Shown: in pieces, positions 1 through 9,122 of the stretch
How the letters are laid out: each line of letters begins with the position of its first letter
Numbering within the stretch: position 1 is the stretch's first letter
Assembly (NCBI GenBank): GCA_964524885.1
Contig: CAZGEJ010000026.1
Location: forward strand, 1,302-65,301
Source: an uncultured Candidatus Binatia bacterium
GTDB lineage: Bacteria; Desulfobacterota; Binatia; HRBIN30
Reading direction: 5' to 3'
DNA length: 64,000 nt
The notes under the pieces: generated by a model
What the model saw: the letters and a program-made list of their open reading frames with translations, nothing else
Told to the model about the DNA's origin: nothing
The model's database searches: none
Program-made: the position numbers and the translations under genes

Positions 1-807
1 CCGCGCCGTCTCCGCGATCCCGGCCGCCGCAACCGCCGCCTCGCCCTCGTCTACCACTCGCGCGCCACCGCCGTGCAGCAGCGCCAGCGCGTTCGCCCGG
101 CGCGCCAACGCCCGCACGAACTCCTCCGGCCGGATCTCCGCCCGAACCCGGCCGCCATGCTTCAACCGTAACGGCGTCCGCAACTCGACGACCACCGCCT
201 CCGGCGCCACCTCCTCCACGGGCGCCGGCACCACCGCCGCATGCACCTCGTCGGTGTCGCCGTCATAGATCAGCGCGCCGCTGGGAACCGTCTCAATGCG
301 CTCCAGCCGCATCGCTGCCGCCGCATCGCCGTCGCCGGCCGGATCGCACGTAGCCTGCCGCAATGCCGCGCCCAAACCGCGTCGCGCCACACCCTGCAGC
401 GCCACCACGAGCACCGGCAATTCCTCGATCGCAGCACCAAGCAGCGTCAGCCGCACCTCGACCGACGTCCCCGTCGGAATCTCCACGGGCGCGCCGTCGC
501 CACGCCAGAAGCGGCTCAGCGGCGCCAGCACCAGCCCACGCGGTGCCTGGTCCCGTACCCCGGGGATTGCTACCGTCGCTGGCGTCTCCATCAGCCGCGG
601 GTAAGCGCAACGCCCGAGCAGGACACACCCTTCGCAGGTTGTGCGCCGCGGGAACACACAGACCAGTCGGTAAAGACTACGTCCGAGCGCGCCGTGCGCC
701 GCCGAGCCCAGAAACGCCGGCAGGCGCCGCGGCGCCAGCAGCCGGAAACGCGCTCGCACCACCAGCGCCGGCGGAAGCGCCGCCGCATTCACGATCGGAT
801 CGTTCAC
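1..807 (-). CDS. Cas6-like RAMP endoribonuclease candidate with a Cys-rich insert (PRRTTCEGCVLLGRCAYP). The N-terminal 269 aa are in the window; the gene continues past the left edge.
   Basis: The minus-strand frame is open over all 807 nt; I checked every triplet for stops. It starts with GTG at 807-805, overlapping the TGA of the upstream csx1-like gene (GTGA). The translation begins VNDPIVNAAALPPALVVRARFRLLAPRRLPAFLGSAAHGALGRSLYRLVCVFPRRTTCEGC..., which resembles the Cas6 N-terminal ferredoxin-like motif. It is the last gene of the csm operon. It is not in the ORF track because it runs off the edge. Confidence 0.45.
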   Translation of the reverse strand, partial: MNDPIVNAAALPPALVVRARFRLLAPRRLPAFLGSAAHGALGRSLYRLVCVFPRRTTCEGCVLLGRCAYPRLMETPATVAIPGVRDQAPRGLVLAPLSRFWRGDGAPVEIPTGTSVEVRLTLLGAAIEELPVLVVALQGVARRGLGAALRQATCDPAGDGDAAAAMRLERIETVPSGALIYDGDTDEVHAAVVPAPVEEVAPEAVVVELRTPLRLKHGGRVRAEIRPEEFVRALARRANALALLHGGGARVVDEGEAAVAAAGIAETAR

Positions 808-2498
808 GCCGTCCCCTCGTCGGTCTTCCCGTCGTCGAGCCACACCAACTCACCGCGGGCCCAAGGATCGGCGCGTTGCTCCTCCGGCGTGCGCCGGTCG
901 ATCAAAAGACAGCGCCGCACCGGTACTCCCATCCGTGCCGCACTCGAGGCCAGCTTCTCAACCACGAACTGCATCGCACTCGTTCCACCGGTGAGGTTCG
1001 CCACCAGTTCACCGGCCGTGGCGAATGACAAGAGCAACTGCCGATCCGTCGCGAATCGCCCGGCGGCATCGAAGTCGCGGTAGGCATCGACGAGTCGCAA
1101 CACCCGATACTCGATGCCGCGCCTCCCCGACCGCTCGAGCGCGGCTTCGAGCCCGGACTCCGCCTCCGCCGAGGTCACCACCAACACCGCGTCCGGTTCG
1201 GCGCAGGCAAGCGCCGTCGCGACCGCGCCGGGCGACATACCCAGCCCGGTCAGCAGCAGCCGTCGGGGAGCGGGTGCGGCCGCGGCAAGCGCCTCCACCT
1301 CGGACCTGACATCGAGACATGTCTCGACATAACGCATGACGTCGATGCCCGCGTCGACGTCTTCCTTGCGCATCCCGGCGTGGGCGAAGCGGTTGCGGGC
1401 ATCGGCGATGTCCTTCCAGGCGCGCCCGACCTTTTTCTCTATGCCGTTGGCGACGCCTTGTTCGACGCGCTGCAGGAGGCTGCCGAAGAACCACTCCGCC
1501 GGACGCCTTGTATGGGAAAAATCGAGCCAGCGATCCGCCGCGCCGCGAGCGAGAACGGCGACGTTCACGAGCCACTCGCGCAGCAAGAGCAGGGCCCGGG
1601 GCGCGTCGCGGCGCTGAGCATACCATCGAACGAGGTCCATCTGGCGTTCCAGTTCCTTCTCGTTCAGCGCCAGCGATGCCTTCCCCGTCTCGCGATCGAC
1701 CGCGAATCCTTGCGCGAGGTCGCGCAGATCGGCAACGGCAATTCGCAGCACATCGGGAACTCCGGCACCGTCGATGCGCTTCGTCTCATTCACCAGGTGG
1801 AAAGCTGCGCGGCCGGCTTCGAGCGGCAGTCCCGCGGTCAGCGCGCGCGACAGTTTTTCGATGTGCGAAGCGGTGTTGCGCATCTCCCGGCCGTCCCAGC
1901 CGAGGCCCCGCAGCCGCTCACGCTCGTCCGCGAGGCGGCGTGCCAGCGCCGAGCCGTCGCCCGCCTCGCGGAACTGCTCCAGCGCTTGGTACCAACGCAG
2001 CAGTTCGAACAAGGAGGTGATGTCGAGGATCGGATGCGAGCCGTCCGCGTCAGCCACCTCGAAGGCGCCGTAGAAGATGCCGTCGACCACGACGGCGCGC
2101 TGGCCGACGAGATAGGCAAGCGACGCCAGATAGACGAACGGCAGATGACGCAGCGCGAACGTGACGTCGAGGGTAACACGGGCCCGCTCCGGCACGGCGG
2201 CGGCTATGCGGGCGAAGATGTCGAGAATCTCTCCGGCGGAGCGGCCGAGCGGCACGTCGAGGGCATCGACCTCGAGACCAGCTTCACGCATCTCGGCGCC
2301 GAACGCGCCGAGCCACTTCTCACGCGCCTCGGCGGTGACGAGCACGAGGCAGCGGGCGCCGGCGAGTCCGCCGAGCCGCGCCAGCGCCACCGGCGCGAAG
2401 CGCGTACACCACGTATCCGTCCCAAAGCGGTAGCTGGTTTCCTCGTATTTGCCGGCACCGATCGAGCAAAGCAGCAACCGTTCTCCCTGCGCCATCAT
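804..2498 (-). CDS. csx1: Csx1/Csm6-family cOA-activated RNase candidate with domain order CARF - HEPN(RNTASH) - HEPN(RNRFAH) - CARF (564 aa).
   Basis: N-terminal CARF-like segment: LLLCSIGAGKYEETSY ... LDVTFALRHLP. Two R-N-x3-H HEPN motifs at residues 207-212 and 368-373. The C-terminal ~150 aa carry CARF hallmarks: LLLTGLGMSPGAVATAL ... NLTGGTSAMQ. Its ATG overlaps the csm5 stop (ATGA). Confidence 0.8.
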   Translation of the reverse strand: MMAQGERLLLCSIGAGKYEETSYRFGTDTWCTRFAPVALARLGGLAGARCLVLVTAEAREKWLGAFGAEMREAGLEVDALDVPLGRSAGEILDIFARIAAAVPERARVTLDVTFALRHLPFVYLASLAYLVGQRAVVVDGIFYGAFEVADADGSHPILDITSLFELLRWYQALEQFREAGDGSALARRLADERERLRGLGWDGREMRNTASHIEKLSRALTAGLPLEAGRAAFHLVNETKRIDGAGVPDVLRIAVADLRDLAQGFAVDRETGKASLALNEKELERQMDLVRWYAQRRDAPRALLLLREWLVNVAVLARGAADRWLDFSHTRRPAEWFFGSLLQRVEQGVANGIEKKVGRAWKDIADARNRFAHAGMRKEDVDAGIDVMRYVETCLDVRSEVEALAAAAPAPRRLLLTGLGMSPGAVATALACAEPDAVLVVTSAEAESGLEAALERSGRRGIEYRVLRLVDAYRDFDAAGRFATDRQLLLSFATAGELVANLTGGTSAMQFVVEKLASSAARMGVPVRRCLLIDRRTPEEQRADPWARGELVWLDDGKTDEGTA

Positions 2499-3817
2499 CC
2501 GTCCGCCTTTTTCAGGAACGGCTTGAGCACAGCGAACTTCGTGCCGATCTCCTTCAGCTTCTTGCGGTCGAAGATGCCGGCGAGCCGCTCGCCGAGAGCC
2601 GCGAGGGCGGCTTCGCGCTTCGCGTGGCGCTCGGCCTCGCCGACGAGTTGATTGAGTTGGCCGAAGTCGCGCGCCTGAAACCGGCGCAGCCGGTTGAGGA
2701 ACACCTCGTCGAGATCGACGACCGGGGCGCTCGGCCGCTCGGCAACCAGCGGTGCGGCGACGGGGGCCGGCCGCGGCGCGTCCGGCATCAGGGTCCGGGC
2801 CGCGGCGGCGTCGACTGGCTCGAGCACGATCCAGCCGAAGAGGTCCGTCGGCTCGCTACGCTCGCTGTGTCCGCTCAGGGCCACCTTACGCGTCTTGCCA
2901 AGGCGCATCCGCAACTGACTGCGTTCCCGTTCGTCGAGGATATCACCCGTCATTCCCGTCCAGCCGATGCCCCAGCCGAGCCGCAGCACGATGGCCTGGG
3001 GTCCGAGCGCGTCCACGGTCTTCAAGAGGCGGTCGCAGCGATCCGTGAGAGCGGCGACGTCGTTGCGGCGAAAGTAGTCGCGGTCGCCACGCAGCAGGTG
3101 TGCGGCGTGCTGTTTCGACCACACCGACAGCTGTGCCAGGCCGGGAAGCTGCTGCGGGAAGGCCAGCCCGGGCAGTGCGCCCGGACGCTCGAGTGTGAGC
3201 CGCAGCGCCGAACGGGCATCGCTCGGCAGCACCTCGACCGCGTTGAGTGTGTTGCGCTTGGTGCCGATGGCTTTGGCGCTGCGGACCTCGACCGATTCCA
3301 CTGCGAAGTGGGCGTCGCCGACCTTGAGTCCACGTAGTATGTCCCCCTTCGGCTCGCGCAGTTCGGGGGCACAGAAGACAGCGCCTTCGATGTCGCGTGC
3401 GCGCAGTTGATTGAGGCTTTCGCGCCAAGGCGTCGCCAACGCTGATCGTCGCCTACCGTGTGGTTCATCCGCCGTCCAAGCGACGAGGAGCAACGTTCGC
3501 AGCGCGCCCTTGAGTGACGACCCGGGCAGCAAAGGTCGGCCGTCGCCGGCGCGGACCGCGAGCCTCAGCTTCGAGGCTTCGATGAATCCGGTACAACTCG
3601 ACGAAGAGACCTGCTGCGGGTCGATCCGGCGACGCCCGACGATCCTTTCGATCGACTCACCACGGGCGATCTCGTCGGCGAATGCGTCACCGACCCGCTC
3701 CGGGGAAACGAACCATGTTCGACCGCTGGCGGAGAAATAGTCGGTCCCCCGCACCCACTCCTCGCCCGAACCGACATGGACCGGCGAGAGAGTCCTGACC
3801 TGGAACCACTGGTTCAT
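2495..3817 (-). CDS. csm5: Csm5 (type III-A RAMP, Cas7 family).
   Basis: The real start is MNQWFQVRTLSPVHVGSGEE, 81 codons inside the track ORF. It carries the RAMP G-loop GSSLKGALRT. ATGA overlap with the csm4 stop. Size (440 aa) and operon position fit Csm5. Confidence 0.85.
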   Translation of the reverse strand: MNQWFQVRTLSPVHVGSGEEWVRGTDYFSASGRTWFVSPERVGDAFADEIARGESIERIVGRRRIDPQQVSSSSCTGFIEASKLRLAVRAGDGRPLLPGSSLKGALRTLLLVAWTADEPHGRRRSALATPWRESLNQLRARDIEGAVFCAPELREPKGDILRGLKVGDAHFAVESVEVRSAKAIGTKRNTLNAVEVLPSDARSALRLTLERPGALPGLAFPQQLPGLAQLSVWSKQHAAHLLRGDRDYFRRNDVAALTDRCDRLLKTVDALGPQAIVLRLGWGIGWTGMTGDILDERERSQLRMRLGKTRKVALSGHSERSEPTDLFGWIVLEPVDAAAARTLMPDAPRPAPVAAPLVAERPSAPVVDLDEVFLNRLRRFQARDFGQLNQLVGEAERHAKREAALAALGERLAGIFDRKKLKEIGTKFAVLKPFLKKADG

Positions 3818-4827
3818 ACAGCCCTCCCCGCGGCACCCGCAGGAACGGCGATCGGCACCGCGATCGCGACTCCCGAGCGGTAGACGTCGTGACCCAGGCC
3901 CAGTTCGGGGCACGCTTCGAGCACCCGCGGCGCGGCGCCGACCCGATCGGCACCGAGGTCGGCCACCAGTGCGCCCTCGGCCAGCATGCGCACATCGCGC
4001 TTGCGCAGCGAGTTCGCGCCGGGACTGGTGATCCAGCCGCCGCGCACGACCGTATCCCAACGCGCCGGCTCGGCGAGCAGGCCGCGCGCGATCTCGTCAT
4101 GCGTCGGCCGGCAGAGGGACAGACAGAGTCGCATGCCGCTGCCGAGCGCGGGGGCGAAGGAGTCAACGGCCTCGACCGCGAAACGGCCGTAGCCGGAGGA
4201 GCGATCGGCGCCGAGGCCCTCTTCTCCGAGCAGCGCCAAGGCAGCCTCGAAGGCGCGGCGGGTGCTTTCCTCGGCGAAGTCGGCGGCGATGCCGAGACGG
4301 ACACCGTCAGCGAAGCGCACGCCGCCGAACTCGTAGAGCAGGCCGGGAATCGGCCCGCCGCCGAGGCGGTTGACGGCGAGGCGGACGCGGCTCTCACGGT
4401 GCCAGAGCCCCTCGCCGTGGACCGCGGCCAGGGCGGTCGGCAGGAGCACGCCGTCGACGACGTCGGCATCGGGCGCGCGGCTGGCGATCAGGTCGCGCAG
4501 CAGAGCGGCCGGCGCGAAGCGGGCGCCCTTCCAGCGCTTGCGGTCGGCACCGGCAGCTGCCTCGGCGAGGCCTGTCGGCAGCGGCAGCGTCGGCAGCCAG
4601 GTGTCGCCGTTCTTCACCACGGGCAGCGCCGACGACACCGCGAACGGCGGTGCCGCGGCGAGCGCGCCGATGTCCGCGCCGGGCTGCACATGCCGCCAGA
4701 CGGAGCACAGCGCCGCGGCGAGCGTATCGGAGCGCGGCAACTCGTCGAGATCGGCGAGGTCGTCGGCGCGTCCGGTGCCGAGGTGCAGCGGTGCGAGGGG
4801 ACGCAGACGATAGAGGATCAAGCTCAT
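3814..4827 (-). CDS. csm4: Csm4 (type III-A RAMP, Cas5 family).
   Basis: The start MSLILYRLRPLAPLHLGTG is a typical Csm4 N-terminus. It lies inside a longer track ORF (3814..5343). ATGA overlaps on both sides. Length is 337 aa. Confidence 0.85.
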   Translation of the reverse strand: MSLILYRLRPLAPLHLGTGRADDLADLDELPRSDTLAAALCSVWRHVQPGADIGALAAAPPFAVSSALPVVKNGDTWLPTLPLPTGLAEAAAGADRKRWKGARFAPAALLRDLIASRAPDADVVDGVLLPTALAAVHGEGLWHRESRVRLAVNRLGGGPIPGLLYEFGGVRFADGVRLGIAADFAEESTRRAFEAALALLGEEGLGADRSSGYGRFAVEAVDSFAPALGSGMRLCLSLCRPTHDEIARGLLAEPARWDTVVRGGWITSPGANSLRKRDVRMLAEGALVADLGADRVGAAPRVLEACPELGLGHDVYRSGVAIAVPIAVPAGAAGRAV

Positions 4828-5612
4828 GCGGCGACGGTGTTGCGGGCGCCGAAGGCGATCGGCTGGGCGAGCCTGCCTTCGTCGGCAGCGGCGGTGGCGA
4901 GCCCGGCGGCATCGCGCCGCACGATGTGCGTCAGGGTGATCTCGACCTGTCCGTAACCGCGCGAGCCCTGACCGCCGATGGCGTCGTCGGCGACGAGTTG
5001 CAGGCCGCGCTGCAACAGCCCGAGCATCTCCTCCTCGTCGTCCTTGTCGTAGACGTTGAGCGCGACCTCGAAGCCGAAGCGGGCTCCGGCCGGGACGCGC
5101 TCGAACTGGCGCGGATTGGCCTTGCTCGTGAGGCGGTCGATCGCGACCTCGGTCTTCACCTCCGCGTAAGGAAGGTCGAGACCCGACCAGTTCGCCATTT
5201 CGGCCGCGCTTGCCGGCGTCATATGGGCGTCGCGGAAGAGAGCACGCGCGGCGCCGGCGTACGGTTTGTCGGGGTCGTAGGGGCGCGACTCGTCGGCGGG
5301 CACGCCGAAGACGAGGCACACCGCACAACCGCCACATTTGCAAGGAGCAAGTGTGATTCCTTGGACCGCGAAACCGTCGCAGCCTAGGCGGGCGCAGTCG
5401 ACCCGTTCGAGTAGGCTGCGCATCTTGCCCTTGAGGGAAGAGCCGGGGATGTACGGCCGGCGGGTCTTGGGATCGCGAACGACGACTTTATCGGCACCGC
5501 CGATGCCGAGGCCGGTGTCGTTGCCGCCGATGTGCATGCCGGTGAGCGCGGTGATCTCGCCGCGCACGAGGATCTTTTTCACCAATCGGGGAGGCTGGAT
5601 CGAAGTGCTCAT
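4824..5612 (-). CDS. csm3: Csm3 (Cas7 backbone subunit).
   Basis: Start MSTSIQPPRLVKKILVRGEITALTGMHIGG. It has the G-rich loop GSSLKGKMRS and the Csm3 zinc-knuckle-like CKCGGCAVCLVFG. There are 5 nt between the csm2 stop and its ATG, with a GAGG Shine-Dalgarno sequence inside csm2. Confidence 0.9.
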   Translation of the reverse strand: MSTSIQPPRLVKKILVRGEITALTGMHIGGNDTGLGIGGADKVVVRDPKTRRPYIPGSSLKGKMRSLLERVDCARLGCDGFAVQGITLAPCKCGGCAVCLVFGVPADESRPYDPDKPYAGAARALFRDAHMTPASAAEMANWSGLDLPYAEVKTEVAIDRLTSKANPRQFERVPAGARFGFEVALNVYDKDDEEEMLGLLQRGLQLVADDAIGGQGSRGYGQVEITLTHIVRRDAAGLATAAADEGRLAQPIAFGARNTVAA

Positions 5613-5617
5613 GGGTC

Positions 5618-6082
5618 TCACCCTCTGCGGTCGGCCTGACCGCTCTTCTCGTAGAACTTGTGGTACGCGACAACCGCTTCGGCGAAGTCGCAGAAGGCCG
5701 CAACCTGCGCCGGTTGCACTTCTTTCGTCAGCGGCCCGAACACAGCCCATAGGTGATTCGCGCTGTCCCGCTTTTTTTCGTTGGAGCGAGCGGTGAGATA
5801 GGCGAGACGCGAGCGCGTCATGCGGATCTGGGCGATCTGCCGCGCCGGGTCGGAGATATCACGGATCTTCGCGACCGATCCGTAGAAGTTGCGCACCTGA
5901 GAGGTCGTAAAGCCCGCTCGCGACAGGGCCTCGGCGAGTTTTTCTGCGCCTTCGTCGATTCCAGCCGGATCCCCGGCGAGCACGGCTTTCCGGATCGTCG
6001 CAACATCGAGCGTCGTCGGCGGCGGCGCGTTAGACCCGCGTCGAGCGTCAGGACTCCGTGTGTCCCTGAAATCGGCACTCAT
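5618..6082 (-). CDS. csm2: Csm2 (Cas11 small subunit).
   Basis: A 154-aa helical small protein sitting between cas10 and csm3. ATGA overlap with the cas10 stop. Position and size are typical of Csm2. Confidence 0.75.
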   Translation of the reverse strand: MSADFRDTRSPDARRGSNAPPPTTLDVATIRKAVLAGDPAGIDEGAEKLAEALSRAGFTTSQVRNFYGSVAKIRDISDPARQIAQIRMTRSRLAYLTARSNEKKRDSANHLWAVFGPLTKEVQPAQVAAFCDFAEAVVAYHKFYEKSGQADRRG

Positions 6083-8652
6083 CCTTCACTCCTTTTCTCT
6101 CGGCTGGCGAGGTCGGCCCATAGAGCAGCCGGCTGCAGCAGCCAGATCAGGTCGCGCGTCGCGCTCCAGCGGCGATCGCCCGACTCCCATTCCCTGCCGG
6201 GCAGGGCATGCATCAGTTTCTCCAGACGCGGTCGCAACTGGGGGTCGCTCATGCGGGCCAGTGCGTAGGCACGGTTCCAGGCCCAACGACCGCGGCGCAC
6301 CCGGTCCTCGACTTCACGTAGCGAGGCAGTGGGGCGTTCGCGGTGATCTCCTTCGAACGAGTCGCGGTAAAGACCAGCGATGCGCGCCAGACGGTGAATC
6401 CAACTGCGCGCGAGCGGCGAAACGACCGGCGCCGCCCGAGCATCCGTCGGAAGGTCGTCGGCGTCCCTGCCGCAGAGCGCCAGGATCTCGCGCGCAAGCG
6501 CCGCGACGACGTCGAGATCCTCCCAGCGCAGAGCATCCTCGAGGAAGGTCAGTCGGTCCTTGCCCTCGTGCTGCTTGGCGCGCTCTTCGAGTTCGCCTGC
6601 CGCCTTCGCCGCCGCCGCGATGGGCTGCCCTGAGCGCACCAGGGCCAGCCCGCCCGAGATGCCCCAGTTCGGGTTACCGGCGGTGAACTGGCTAAAGGCG
6701 CGTCGGATTTCTAGCGCCATCGCCGGCAGCACCGACCAAGCGCCGACGAGAAAGAGGTCGTCGCCGCCGGTGTAGATGATTTGGACTTTTCCGGCCCACG
6801 GCTCCCTTCCTGCCAGTACCGGCACGTGCCCACTGAAGTAGTAGGCCAGCAGCTTCGACAAGTTGGTGATGCGCGAGAAGGTGCGCTCACTCTCCGGCAG
6901 CCCCTCGCGAAAAATGCGGCCGAGCGAGTCGACGTCCATGCGCAGGACGCCGAGCCGTTCGATACCCTCGGACTCGTCGGCCAAGGTCTCGAAGTCCGGC
7001 GCTCGGCCGCTGCCGGCCGAGCCGAGGAAGAGTGCCACCGCACCGGTCGCCGCCGGCTGGAGGTTGGCTGGGGCGAAAACGTGGACCACGTGACGTGATC
7101 CGGCGTCTGCGAGGACGTCGGGGAGAGGCGCGCGTGAGACGAGGAATCCGCGGCGAAGACGCGGCGGTAGCGCGGTGTACCAGTTGCGCTCACGGCCGCC
7201 GAAGTGCTCGCGCAAGTTGTCGAGTTGAGCCCGCCAATCGTCACCGGCGGCAGCAACGAGGCACGTCGCATCGGGCAGCAGCCGGCCGAGTTGGATGAGT
7301 TCGCGACACTCCGGGCACGAAGTCCGCCCGTTCTCGGCGTCGTCGACGACATCGGCGTCGAGCTTACCGCAGGTGCCACAGAGGGTTCCCAGGCCCGGTT
7401 CGCCGAACGGAGCGAAGACCGCTTCGTAGTCCGCCTCGGCGGCACGAGCGAAGCGGCGGCGACGCTGATGCAACAGGTCGGCGGAGGCGGCCTCCCAGCG
7501 AGTCGCCACCCTGCCGGAGACGAAGTCCTCGCCGGACATCGCCGCGGCACCGACGGCAAAACCGAGCCGGCCGCCGTAGTGACGCTGGAGGTCGAGATCG
7601 ATTTCCGACGCGAGCGTGCGCAGCCGTTCCTCGGCGCGGCGCGGCAGCAGCAGCCAGATCTTGCCGCCACCGTTGTAAAGCGCGTTCACCGGCGGCAGGC
7701 CGAGTTCGTCGAGCAGGAACGACGCAATCCCCTCGGCGAGCAGCTGCAGCATGAACGAACGGCCGCGCAGGGCCCGCGCCGCGTTCTTCGAGGCGATGGT
7801 GTAGAGAAAGCGCTGGATCCCGGTCAGATCAGCGACGGCGAGCAGGTACCGCGTGTCGCCGCGGCGACGCACCTCCGCCTCGGCAAACCCGCCCGGTGAC
7901 CCTAGCAACTCGGCCGTCATGGCGGCGGCAATCGCGGCTGCGGCACGGCTGTGCTCGAAGAGCGAAACGTCGCGCGGCAAGGCGTTGGTAGCCGCCGGCA
8001 CACACCAAGCGTAGCGCTCGTACACAGCCAGAAAGGTCCGCAGGAAAACGCCGACGTCGCCGCGAGGAATCTTGCTCGTGTCCTGGCAGAGGGGATCGAA
8101 TAAGGAGCGGTACTCGCGCGCCGCCGCAGCAGCCGAGGGCTCGGCCGCGGAGATGGGAAACAGCGTCGGGCCGAAATCGAGCGCGGCGAACGGGACCGCG
8201 TAAGCGCCGGCATCGCCGCCGCTTACGCGGCCGAGAAGTGGCTCGAGGCGGCACGTCTGGACGAAATGCCAGCCTGCCTTGGCAGCGACCTCGTCGGGGT
8301 GACCGCGATCCATACCCGCGGAAAGACCGTCGGCCTCTGCGACGACGGCGTCGCCTACGTAAGTAGGCTTGTGGTGCCGCGCCGCCCAGCCGGCGACGCT
8401 GTCATCGTCGCCGCGACCGACGGCAGTGAGCCAGTCCGCGTGGTCGGCGATGAACTGCCATGTGTAGGCCGCGTGATGGTACTGCGCCCGCCCGTCCACC
8501 GTGCGAGTGAATAGGTGCTGGTTGGCGAGGCTCTTGTAGCGCTCGGGATCGGCCTCGGCGCGCTGGGCGAGTTTGCCGACGTCGTGGAGAAGGGCCGCCA
8601 AGGCGACCTGTTGCACCAACTCGCGCTGCTCTGCGGTCAACATCCGCTCCAC
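6079..8652 (-). CDS. cas10: Cas10/Csm1 with an intact HD nuclease motif and GGDD cyclase motif.
   Basis: N-terminal HD motif: ALLHDVGK. Treble-clef zinc-finger region: CGTCGKLDADVVDDAENGRTSCPECREL. Palm-domain GGDD: IIYTGGDDLFLVGAW. 857 aa. Shine-Dalgarno GGGAGGTGGAGCGG immediately 5' of the ATG at 8652. Confidence 0.92.
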   Translation of the reverse strand: MERMLTAEQRELVQQVALAALLHDVGKLAQRAEADPERYKSLANQHLFTRTVDGRAQYHHAAYTWQFIADHADWLTAVGRGDDDSVAGWAARHHKPTYVGDAVVAEADGLSAGMDRGHPDEVAAKAGWHFVQTCRLEPLLGRVSGGDAGAYAVPFAALDFGPTLFPISAAEPSAAAAAREYRSLFDPLCQDTSKIPRGDVGVFLRTFLAVYERYAWCVPAATNALPRDVSLFEHSRAAAAIAAAMTAELLGSPGGFAEAEVRRRGDTRYLLAVADLTGIQRFLYTIASKNAARALRGRSFMLQLLAEGIASFLLDELGLPPVNALYNGGGKIWLLLPRRAEERLRTLASEIDLDLQRHYGGRLGFAVGAAAMSGEDFVSGRVATRWEAASADLLHQRRRRFARAAEADYEAVFAPFGEPGLGTLCGTCGKLDADVVDDAENGRTSCPECRELIQLGRLLPDATCLVAAAGDDWRAQLDNLREHFGGRERNWYTALPPRLRRGFLVSRAPLPDVLADAGSRHVVHVFAPANLQPAATGAVALFLGSAGSGRAPDFETLADESEGIERLGVLRMDVDSLGRIFREGLPESERTFSRITNLSKLLAYYFSGHVPVLAGREPWAGKVQIIYTGGDDLFLVGAWSVLPAMALEIRRAFSQFTAGNPNWGISGGLALVRSGQPIAAAAKAAGELEERAKQHEGKDRLTFLEDALRWEDLDVVAALAREILALCGRDADDLPTDARAAPVVSPLARSWIHRLARIAGLYRDSFEGDHRERPTASLREVEDRVRRGRWAWNRAYALARMSDPQLRPRLEKLMHALPGREWESGDRRWSATRDLIWLLQPAALWADLASREKRSEG

Positions 8653-8786
8653 CTCCCTGCCACCGAAACCAATGCCGTCTCCGGTCGGATTAATCGCTTC
8701 GCGCTGCTCTCGTCAACACAGCTCGCCCAACTTGCGGCGCCGACGAAACACCTTGTCAGTAGCTCCGCCATCCGCCACCTCTTCCC

Positions 8787-9062
8787 TCAGTGCTCCGCCC
8801 CACCAAACGCCGCCGCGCCAACAACCGACCAAGCCGTCGGCGGCTCCGGGTAGCCAGCAAGGCAGAGCACCTGGGCATCCTGATGGAAGCAGACGGCCAC
8901 CACTTTTCCGTTCGTCATGCGCGAGGAGACGCTGGAGCGGGCGGATATCTGACAGCGATCCGCACTGAAATGAGCGAAGGACATCGCGAGCCCGCGACCT
9001 GTTCCCACTGCCTCCATTAGAAGCGGTGTGAGAATCGGCACCCTCGCATACGATTCCCACAC
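8787..9062 (-). CDS. Possible small ORF (91 aa) in the divergent leader between cas10 and the helicase; no recognisable domain.
   Basis: ATG-initiated ORF: MWESYARVPILTPLLMEAVGTGRG... The GC3 bias is weaker than in neighbouring genes. It could instead be a non-coding promoter/leader region. Confidence 0.2.
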   Translation of the reverse strand: MWESYARVPILTPLLMEAVGTGRGLAMSFAHFSADRCQISARSSVSSRMTNGKVVAVCFHQDAQVLCLAGYPEPPTAWSVVGAAAFGGAEH

Positions 9063-9122
9063 GGCCTGTCAGACGACAACGCTTGTCGCGTCTCTACGAG
9101 CAGCAACACCAAAGGAGACGCC

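Noticed and set aside
1380-5387. Several long plus-strand ORFs over the csm genes (1380..2651, 2624..3337, 3889..4956, 4650..5387).
   Set aside because: They are antisense to a coherent, translationally coupled cas operon. No motifs, and Ala/Arg/Gly-rich as expected for GC-rich antisense frames.
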